The translations under genes and the position numbers were made by a program. The notes beneath the pieces were generated by a model that did no database searches, had not been told where the DNA came from, and was given only the letters and a program-made list of their open reading frames with translations. A stretch of DNA of 64,000 nt from Trichoplax adhaerens (Eukaryota > Animalia > Placozoa). Where the stretch lies: assembly GCF_000150275.1 (NCBI RefSeq), contig NW_002060957.1, positions 1,104,445 through 1,168,444 of the forward strand, given 5' to 3'. The number at the start of each line of letters is the position of its first letter. Position 1 is the first letter of the stretch. Below are positions 53,993 to 64,000 of the stretch, in pieces.

Positions 53993-54615
53993 CCACCAGA
54001 GTTCACAACACTGCTAGAGCTACTTAACTACTCCATCAAGTTATTTCAAAGTGCAACAATTGCTACTTACGCAGCCTGACCGTGAAAACACAGATTGCTG
54101 CTTTGATTGGCGACGAAAGCGCCTGCTTGTCAATGCTACCTACAGTATTGCTCGCTGCAGTACATGCATTGATTAACGTATTGTACGCCCATCGATGTTA
54201 TTCACGCCGTAGTGATTTTGTAAAATGACGGATTTTTGAATAAACGCGGTAACAGTATTACTGGCATACATGCAATTCAATACTCCAAACCGGTCGGACC
54301 TTCGTGCTAGTCACATCTTTTATTATCGTTTACAGTATATGCGACACCAATACCAAATTGTCAATTCCATATTGCAAATTCAATTTTCTTCAACAGCGTT
54401 GATAATAATGATTCATTCTACTCAATCGAATGAGACAGTATTCAAAAATTGCATAAGTTCATAGTATTGACGCTGCTGTAGACGATAAGGAATCAACCAA
54501 AGCTATCATATTGTTAACGCAAGGCTTCAGTTCTAAATCAGACTCTACCTGATCTATTTTCGAATGCAAGTGGTTTACTCAGGTAAACCGTTGCAAACCG
54601 TTATCTCTACAATGT

Positions 54616-55641
54616 CTAGAAGTGAAAACTATCCAATTCGAAATTACAATTTGTCAACACAATACGGTAGCGAGCTAAATTTTGATCGATACGCTCAAAT
54701 GCAGTGTGACAATGATCCACATCCATAGGATAGATCTCTAATTGCGGCGAGATGTTATGCATGCCTGCAAAATTTAGCATCTTCTGCATCATTATTGGTG
54801 AACCAACAAGAGAACCAACAATGCTTCTTTCCGATCCGATTAATAATCCACCGTTCACTTGAAGGGGCTTACTTGCAATACCAATAACAACGAATTTACC
54901 TCGTGGTGCTAATAAATTAATATAACTTTCGTAATCGAGGTTTGCACTAACGGTGTTGATGATCATGTCTAAAGGCTTTAATGACTTCAGCTGATCTGCG
55001 TCTTTCGTGACAACGAACTCGTCAGCGCCGAATGCACGAGCTTCCTTTTCCTTGTTAGAACTAGTTGATAAAGCGACAACTCGACAACCCCAAGCTTTTG
55101 CAAATTTAATACCGAGATGGCCAAGACCACCGACACCTAGAATGCCAACGCGGCTTCCAGGTTGAACATTATGATTAGCAAGAGGAGCATATACTGTAAT
55201 TCCGGCACAAAGTAAAGGAGCTGCATCGGCAGATGACATTGTTTCGGGTATATCGTAAAGGAAACGAGAATCCCAAACGACATATTCAGCAAATCCACCG
55301 ATTGGAGCATTTATAAAATTAGTCTTCTCTGGGCAAATGTGTTGTTTACCATCATTGCAAACGTTGCAATTTTGGCAAGAACCTAATTGCCAACCTCCAC
55401 CAACACGTTGGCCTACCTTGAGTTTTACCACATTACTTCCAACTGCAACAATTTTACCAATAAATTCATGACCAGGAGCTTTTCCTGCAGGGCAGAAAAA
55501 GTCAGTATGGCAAACACTACAGCATTCTATATTCACCAAGACATCGTGAGATTGTAATTGTGGAACATCAATTTGTGCCTTGCGAAAAGTTTGCTTTGAT
55601 ACGTCATCAACAACGTAAGCTTCGATTTGTTCGGGAATCAT
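54616..55641 (-). CDS. Zn-dependent medium-chain alcohol dehydrogenase, CAD/Ahr(YjgB)-like, probably NADP(H)-dependent; copy 1
   Basis: Uninterrupted 341-aa ORF with CHTD, GHE, the four-Cys structural Zn site (CQNCNVC...C), APLLCAGITVY, GVGGLG, ALSTSSNK (NADP-type) and ARYRIVL. Confidence 0.93.
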   Translation of the reverse strand: MIPEQIEAYVVDDVSKQTFRKAQIDVPQLQSHDVLVNIECCSVCHTDFFCPAGKAPGHEFIGKIVAVGSNVVKLKVGQRVGGGWQLGSCQNCNVCNDGKQHICPEKTNFINAPIGGFAEYVVWDSRFLYDIPETMSSADAAPLLCAGITVYAPLANHNVQPGSRVGILGVGGLGHLGIKFAKAWGCRVVALSTSSNKEKEARAFGADEFVVTKDADQLKSLKPLDMIINTVSANLDYESYINLLAPRGKFVVIGIASKPLQVNGGLLIGSERSIVGSLVGSPIMMQKMLNFAGMHNISPQLEIYPMDVDHCHTAFERIDQNLARYRIVLTNCNFELDSFHF

Positions 55642-58043
55642 ATTGAACCACTACAGAAAAAAAAGAGTTCGATCGACCGTTTAATTAATTACTGCTAAAA
55701 ATGGATTCTTTGCATATGAACCTATTTGCTTAGTCATGATAACACTGCATATCAGTAGTTCAAAACTAAGAGTGACCTTTTCTACGAGCATCTGACCTTT
55801 TCCCATGCAAATAAACTTCAATGAGTAATGAATTATAATTATTCATGAGAACATGAAATCATATACAACCGTACAGCACTTACTAAGTACACAGTTTAAG
55901 AATCTCAAGCAAGTTGTAAGGTATAGATCATCCTAGAATGCCGCAGTAGGAAGGTATTTTAATCTTACATTTCTCAATCATAAATTAATTCAAATTTCGA
56001 AAGGGAAGTATGATAGAAGTAAGTAATTTTATTATAATGCCTCCGTCAAATAAGAATTTAAAAGTAATTTAGAGTGTCCACATTTCATTATACTGTATGC
56101 ATGAATATCACAGGAAAAAAAAATGTACATGTTACCGTTACGAACAGCAAAGATTAGGTTAAATACTTGAATTGCTTCAATTTTACAATTCCATGCCCAA
56201 GCTATAAGGGCAACTGTTAGTCACGATTGGATTGATTCTTTAATTTGTGCCATTAATGCCCTATCAAGCGAGTGGGTGGTTCGCCTTAGATAAGCCTTTT
56301 TTTTTAGTGTACTGTACTGTACACTAGGCCACGTTAGTGTACTCTTATAAATACGCCTATAATAGTAAATCTAAGAATATTCATTGCTCTATCTAATTAA
56401 TTGAAGCAATATTCGTTCATTGAGAGTCTCGCCATCACTTTACTTTTACGATACTTCTACTATGCAATAGAATATAGGATCATTACTACATGAGATATCA
56501 AGGGACTGTTATTAACTCAATTAGTCAAGAAATTTCCCTTATCATTTCCACTCAGCAGATAAAGTATTCGTTATTATTATTTTACTGGTACCAGTCAAAT
56601 TGCAGTAAAGGGCTAAAATTACAGTAAAATGATCATAAATAAACAAATACGCCTTGTTCTATCTGGAATGCATAATTTATAGATTGGATGAAGGAAAAGT
56701 AACAATGCGATCAGCTGTACACTGTCCAATACTACTGTAAATTAGAAGAGTGATGGATTATGATAGGCATATACCTGCGGATAGATTAGATAATAAAAGT
56801 ACTATATAAACAAACACAGTCGGCACTAATCTGCAAGAAAAACAAGCCAAATTAGAACCATGACAGTGTTCCAATGTGCATGCTTGTCCAAGATAGATAT
56901 CGTCACAGATAAAGCCGTCTACTAGTGTAGAGGAGAGCCGACAAAAATGCAAGCCGTAGAGAATTCCATTGCAATCTTAAATAGATCATTTCCTTTTTTA
57001 TTAATTTCCACAATTGCTGCCAATTACTAATGTAACAACTGTTTTATTGATCTTAAGTACTGAATATCACAAATTGTTCTCTTATCACAGCTTGAGAGGA
57101 AACATTTAACAGAGAAGTAGCACAATATCATAAATCCTATCATGTTATGCTCGATATCTCTATAATGGTAATCTGCAATCTGAGCATTGCATAGTGTGAA
57201 CAAGTATCTCTATTGTAGCCTGACTGTAAAGTCGAATGATTGTAAGCAGGCTTTTTTTTTCATGAGATTACCTACTTGTATATAGAATATAAATAATTTT
57301 AGAAATTTAAGAAGAATAAAAAGGTAAATTGCAAACATTTAAACTTAACTTGATAAATTTATCAAGACGGGTTATTTATTGGTGATCATACTGCTTAGTC
57401 TTTATCTGAGCTGATCAATTACGAACCAATTGGCAGCTGCAAAACGTCTAAAGTAGCGCAGTTAACTAGAGATTACAGTAGTCTATGAATACCAGTTATT
57501 GATTGAAGATCAAATTGACTAGTCAATAGCTATCCGAAGGGACAATAAAGCAATCTTTCTAGGTTTCCTGTAGCGATGTTGCCTTGAATTATATTTGAAT
57601 ACTGACGATATGCATAGTACCGTACTTCTCTTGACATATGTACTATAATTACTGCTACCCCCAGCGAAGAATGCTAAAGATATTTAGTGGATGTTGAACA
57701 GATTTATTAAGATATCGAGAATGAAAAGCAGACAGCAAATTACAGCATTAGAGTATCTGCTAATCCAGAGCGTACACAATAGTATGAATGAACAGAACAT
57801 CAACTTTAAATTCATTATTAATTATTAATTTAATTAAGTTGGGCAAATTTGACTATCGAGGTTATTAATTTTCTCTTATAGTTATACAGCATATGAGCGC
57901 TCGTATACAGATCAGATCCAAATTTAAATTCTTTCAGGTAACAAACACAGGATATCTAGTTAAGATCGTATTGACTACAGTTAATCAGCAAGAATTAATT
58001 GAAACTTTTTACCTGTTAATGTCATTCATGTACCTCTACGAAA

Positions 58044-59058
58044 TTAATCCGATTTGAAATTAGAATTCGTCAACACAATACGGTAGCGAGCTAAATTTTG
58101 ATCGATACGTTCGAATGCAGTGTGACAATGATCCACATCCATAGGATAGATCTCTAATTGCGGCGAGATGTTATGCATGCCTGCAAAATTTAGCATCTTC
58201 TGCATCATTATTGGTGAACCAACAAGAGAACCAACAATGCTTCTTTCCGATCCGATTAATAATCCACCGTTCACTTGAAGGGGCTTACTTGCAATACCAA
58301 TAACAACGAATTTACCTCGAGGTGCTAACAAATTAATATAACTTTCGTAATCGATGGTTTGCACTAACGGTGTTGATGATCATGTCTAAAGGCTTTAATG
58401 ACTTCAGCTGATCTGCGTCTTTCGTGACAACGAACTCGTCAGCGCCGAATGCACGAGCTTCCTTTTCCTTGTTAGAACTAGTTGATAAAGCGACAACTCG
58501 ACAACCCCAAGCTTTTGCAAATTTAATACCGAGATGGCCAAGACCACCGACACCTAGAATGCCAACGCGGCTTCCAGGTTGAACATTATGATTAGCAAGA
58601 GGAGCATATACTGTAATTCCGGCACAAAGTAAAGGAGCTGCATCGGCAGATGACATTGTTTCGGGTATATCGTAAAGGAAACGAGAATCCCAAACGACGT
58701 AGTCAGCAAATCCACCGATTGGAGCATTTATAAAATTAGTCTTCTCAGGGCAAATATGTTGTTTACCATCATTGCAAACATCGCAATTTTGGCAAGAACC
58801 TAATTGCCAACCTCCACCAACACGTTGGCCTACCTTGAGTTTTTCCACACTACTTCCGACTGCAACAATTTTACCAATAAATTCATGACCAGGAGCTTTT
58901 CCTGCAGGGCAGAAAGAATCTGTGTAACAAACACTACAGCATTCTATATTCATCAAGACATCAAGAGGCTGTAATTGTGGAACATCAATTTGTGCCTTGC
59001 GAAAAGTTTGCTTTGACGCATCATCAACAACGTAAGCCTCGATTTGTTTGGGAATCAT
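58044..59058 (-). pseudogene. CAD/Ahr-like alcohol dehydrogenase copy 2, frameshifted
   Basis: One extra base at 58355 (tcgaTggttt, versus tcgaggttt in copies 1 and 3) splits it into ORFs 58333..59058 and 58044..58364. CHTDF is also changed to CYTDS. The indel could be an assembly error. Confidence 0.75.
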
Positions 59059-61183
59059 TCTGCAGTATGTTAGAAATGATCAAGTTCGATCGATCGCTAA
59101 TTAACCCTTCTATCTCTCTTACTTATTACTGGGCTACTATTAAAAAAATACGCTAGTGCTACTTTATATACTGAATTTATCAACAGCATATGACTACGGT
59201 GAACTTTCAGCGCGTATGTCACATTTTTGCAGACAAAAAATATCACTGGGTTAGTAATAAAAATAATTGCCCTGTGCATTACACCAATTCAGTTTAGTCA
59301 TAGACTAGTGCAAAACTTAACCACTGTGCAATGTGTGGACATGCTTACAGAGACGGACGAAGACGGACCAGATCATAGGCATAGAGGGCAAAATATTGTA
59401 ATAGAAGGTTTTTGTAACCCAGAACCTAAACTCAATTGAAATTTATTTCAAGAAATTAAGTTGTCGAGTAGCAGTAAAGGACTAAAGTGATTTTAAAATG
59501 ACACTAAATAACCAAATCTTTTTCCATTTACAGTAAATACGTACCGTACACAATACGGGCATTGGATGAAAGAATATTTGTAATATAATCCGAGCTGATA
59601 TACTACTGTAATATGATTAGACAAGTAATGAATTAAGATAGGTACATAGGATAGCTGCCTATCAATTAGACAACGACACAACTACTGTATGCTCATAAAC
59701 AAGACAATCAACACTAACTTATGCACAGACACAGGCCAAATAAGATCCTTAGCAGTTTCGTAATATGCATGCACGATCTATGATAGATGTCATTGCAGAT
59801 TATATCATCTGATCCATATTTTCCTTTTACCTCTCACTAGGCTTAGGAGTTTTAAGAAACCTCCTTAACATCACTGTTAATTGATATCGTTACCTAAGTG
59901 AACTGCGAAAATGATATAATTAATTGAAAAATAGAAGGAGTAAATGACCAATAGCGTTCGAAAATTATAAGCGATTAATCCAGTTTTGATAGTGCAATTA
60001 TTGGTTGATGTAATTAACAAACAATTCTACGAGTAGTTAATACTGACTAGAAAATAAATCTATGCATTTTGCAATATCGTGCTCATCTTTAGTTGTAGTT
60101 TCAGTAAAGATGATGTAAAATTCTATACATATACAATAAATATCACCTCACAAACAACATTACATTTTAATCAAATGATTATATCGAAGCCGTTCATCAT
60201 ATTGAAACCTAACCTTACAAATTACTCATAAGTAATTATAATTTTAAAGTTTCAATAATATGTAAAATTAGTATAGTTAAATAGGCTTGATTATGAATAC
60301 TAGGCCATTTATTAGGGGTTAAAACTAAAAAGTACCATCCGTCCGAGAATGAAAATCACAAGCAATTAAATCAATGTTGATATACTTGATTTATCAAGAT
60401 GAGCTATTCAATGGTGGTCAGATTGTCCAGCCGGTATCCAAACTGACAAATTGCAAACAAATTGACAGTTAGTCGTTTACCGACCATGGCAGATGTTAAT
60501 ATACTATTGTGTGAAGCAAGGAAGGTTCTAAATTGAGTACAGTACCAGCTACCGTAGTAGCTATATCATAGATTAAAATACAGATCATTAATTAGCCTAC
60601 TGTTAATAGTTAATTATTTAAGGTACGAACTGATTCCAGGATTGCCAAGGGTTTATTTGTCAGCAAATACTCGGTATTCCCTATTACATCGACTGATTGT
60701 ATAACTCTGATTAATATTGAATTTAATGCTCAAACTACATCGTATCACATGCTAGTAAGATTTTTATTATAATTATTGCAAAAGTCGTAATACAGTATAG
60801 AGTATACAACTCTTTGGCTTCATATTCATCTTTCTTTAAACAAACGATCGAGTATCAAGTACATAGGTAGACACAATACTGGATGGAACAAGTGTATCTA
60901 AACTTAATTTTTTCAAGATAATGAGCATGAATATCCAATTAAGGCAGTATTTATTATAACTAACCAATAAGAACTGATGGAAAATTTTCATTAGTCGATG
61001 TTATCTATTCTAGATGACTCAGAATTAATAGAAGCCTTCACTTTGCTCAATTTTTGGATCTAGTTTTTCTAAATACAGTATCTATTTATCATTTCTTCGG
61101 ATAAACCGCTAAAATAGAGTATCTCTAATATCTAGTATAATAATCGAATAGATTAAAAACGGACAGGCTTAACCTCTACGAAA

Positions 61184-62197
61184 TTAATCCGATTTGAAAT
61201 TAGAATTCGTCAACACAATACGGTAGCGAGCTAAATTTTGATCGATACGCTCAAATGCAGTGTGACAATGATCCACATCCATAGGATAGATCTCTAATTG
61301 CGGCGAGATGTTATGCATGCCTGCAAAATTTAGCATCTTCTGCATCATTATTGGTGAACCAACAAGAGAACCAACAATGCTTCTTTCCGATCCGATTAAT
61401 AATCCACCGTTCACTTGAAGGGGCTTACTTGCAATACCAATAACAACGAATTTACCTCGTGGTGCTAATAAATTAATATAACTTTCGTAATCGAGGTTTG
61501 CACTAACGGTGTTGATGATCATGTCTAAAGGCTTTAATGACTTCAGCTGATCTGCGTCTTTCGTGACAACGAACTCGTCAGCGCCGAATGCACGAGCTTC
61601 TTTTTCCTTGTTAGAACTAGTTGATAAAGCGACAACTCGACAGCCCCAAGCTTTTGCAAATTTAATACCGAGATGGCCAAGACCACCGACACCTAGAATG
61701 CCAACGCGGCTTCCAGGTTGAACATTATGATTAGCAAGAGGAGCATATACTGTAATTCCGGCACAAAGTAAAGGAGCTGCATCGGCAGATGACATTGTTT
61801 CGGGTATATCGTAAAGGAAACGAGAATCCCAAACGACGTAGTCAGCAAATCCACCGATTGGAGCATTTATAAAATTAGTCTTCTCTGGGCAAATATGTTG
61901 TTTACCATCATTGCAAACATCACAATTTTGGCAAGAACCTAATTGCCAACCTCCACCAACACGTTGGCCTACCTTGAATTTTTCCACACTACTTCCAACT
62001 GCAACAATTTTACCAATAAATTCATGACCAGGAGCTTTTCCTGCAGGGCAGAAAAAGTCAGTATGGCAAACACTACAGCATTCTATATTCATCAAGACAT
62101 CAAGAGGCTGTAATTGTGGAACATCAATTTGTGCCTTGCGAAAAGTTTGCTTTGACGCATCATCAACAAAGTAAGCCTCGATTTGTTTGGGAATCAT
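61184..62197 (-). CDS. CAD/Ahr-like alcohol dehydrogenase copy 3, intact
   Basis: 337-aa ORF nearly identical to copy 1 with all Zn ligands present. It shares its N- and C-termini (MIPKQ, SNFKSD) with copy 2. Confidence 0.93.
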   Translation of the reverse strand: MIPKQIEAYFVDDASKQTFRKAQIDVPQLQPLDVLMNIECCSVCHTDFFCPAGKAPGHEFIGKIVAVGSSVEKFKVGQRVGGGWQLGSCQNCDVCNDGKQHICPEKTNFINAPIGGFADYVVWDSRFLYDIPETMSSADAAPLLCAGITVYAPLANHNVQPGSRVGILGVGGLGHLGIKFAKAWGCRVVALSTSSNKEKEARAFGADEFVVTKDADQLKSLKPLDMIINTVSANLDYESYINLLAPRGKFVVIGIASKPLQVNGGLLIGSERSIVGSLVGSPIMMQKMLNFAGMHNISPQLEIYPMDVDHCHTAFERIDQNLARYRIVLTNSNFKSD

Positions 62198-64000
62198 AAT
62201 GTACCACTGTAACTTAGGTGAAATTTGATCCGGTTACTTAATTAATTAATTGATATTTCACTTAATATATAGTTTTTATATTGATCGGCGTTATTCGTTT
62301 TTTGCTAAGTCACGATTAGCCAGTCTTTTTCGTATGTGTTATGTAACAGTTACTGTATATCGTTATGTTATATACGAATTATATAGCATATATAACATAA
62401 TACATATACGTATACAGTACAGTATTCGAGCATGCAGTATTTATCAGAAGCACATGATAGATAGCCATGACCTTTCCAGGGATTTTTTCGAAGTCCATGA
62501 CCTTTCATATGTCTGACGTGACTACACCAATGCTTTTGTAGCCATTAAAATAAATTAATTAATTATGAATCGAAAGACTGTGACAGACGGACCTATAGCA
62601 AATATTTTAAAATTAATTAATTTATACTGTAGTAGGCCCACGCTCTTTATAATTCGCGTGCTCGATTCAGTCTGTATGTACTCTTACTTCTACTTCACTA
62701 GCAGCCATGGTAGAATGCACGCTCGTTATACTTCTCGTACTGTGTGACTTGTACCTGTAGTGTATTATAATTAGATATAACATACATAATATAACACAGT
62801 ACTTAGTGACAGTACTAGTAAGTCTAAGGATATTCTCTGCCTCTATCTAAAGCAATACTCGTCCTATGAGAATTAGTTATCACTTTGCTTGAAAAATAAA
62901 ATACTGCTGATTTGAAAGAGAATATAGGATCATTGCTCCCCGAGATGTTAACATTTTCCCGTTACTATTCCCTTCTGTCAGACAGATTACTTATTATTAT
63001 TTTTTAGTACCTGCTAAATTACAGTAAAGAACTAAAATTACATGAAATGGCCTTAAATACACAAGTTTGGTTCTATTTCCAGTAGATATACTATCAATTA
63101 GATTAAAATAAAAGTTGCAATAGAACACGACTCGATGTACCACTGTAATTCGACAAGTAATGAATCAAGATAGGCATATAAGAGTACTTGTTGGCAAGCT
63201 TGCCAATATCGCTGTATAAACACGATTAATCAATACAAACCTACATTACATATACATCTAAGAGCGAAATAGGCCAAATGAGATTTATGACAGTGTTGTA
63301 ATATGCATACGTGATCTACGATAGGTATTATTACAGATAATGATATCTTGTTTTTAATTGATATTATTAGATAATTAATACTAAGGAAATAATTCATAGA
63401 ACAATAATTTTGGAAGTAGATGACTAATAGCGCACGAAAATTGTAATCAATCAATCCTATTTTGAAGTTGCTACAGTCTATTACTAGTCGATAAAATTAG
63501 CAAACACTCCTATGAATAGCTAATGCAAACTAGAAAACAGGCTTTTATTTCCGACATGATGCTCATCTTCAATTGTAATTTCAGTAATGATAATATAAAA
63601 TTCTTTATACGTAGAATCTACACTAAAAAGTGAGTTTACTCTGATACATAGAAAGGAAAAAGTACAATTATACAGTAGACTACACGGGTATTACGAGTGA
63701 TCGATCTACCAGTACGTTATTTTAAAATCTTATATAGTATGTAAGATTGCTATATAATTGAACGGTTGTAAATAAAGCTGTTTATCATGCATGAACCTAC
63801 TCGTACGAAAAGCTCGATAATAATTCTAGAGTTTATTAAATAATACATAAAGTAGGTATGATTAAGTAGGTTTAATTTTGGATGCTAGGCCATTTATTAG
63901 GAGTTAAAATTATTAAGTAATATCCATCCGAGAATGAAAATTACAAGCAACTAAATCAATATAAATATGATTTATCCAAAATGGATAATTTTAATGGTGG

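Larger units (their letters stand above)
55900..64000. repeat. Diverged homologous spacers of a ~3.1-3.4 kb tandem ADH duplication unit
   Basis: Shared blocks: gaatataggatcatt (56470, 62920), gatagg.a.ata (56762, 59637, 63168), taggccatttattag (60301, 63886), ccgagaatgaaaat (60343, 63928), and atttatc.a.a.g...tggtg (57357, 60389, 63970). Confidence 0.8.

Overview
Eukaryotic, AT-rich, intron-dense animal DNA. Introns of about 70-200 nt and the gene set suggest a placozoan such as Trichoplax (inference only). No rRNA, tRNA or CRISPR. In order, the window holds: (1) the 3' ~12.8 kb of a multi-exon, very divergent IP3-receptor/RyR-superfamily gene (+), missed by the ORF track, with a non-canonical pore, one missing Ca2+ ligand and a short tail; (2) an Sp6-9-type zinc-finger gene (-) beside a ~15 kb gene-free region with several unrelated degenerate tandem arrays and a GC-box/CCAAT cluster; (3) mitochondrial glycerol-3-phosphate dehydrogenase GPD2 (-) with EF-hands and a GC-AG intron; (4) a GC-rich, foldable plus-strand segment (~41.2-41.5 kb) next to a 92-bp minisatellite; (5) a catalytically intact DPP4-family peptidase (-) with an ATG-only first coding exon and four frame-preserving candidate micro/cassette exons in its stalk; (6) three tandem, coding-intronless CAD/Ahr(YjgB)-like Zn alcohol dehydrogenases (one frameshifted) that look horizontally acquired and homogenised by gene conversion, with a fourth copy predicted beyond the window edge. 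All exon structures and alignments were done by eye, against family sequences recalled from memory.
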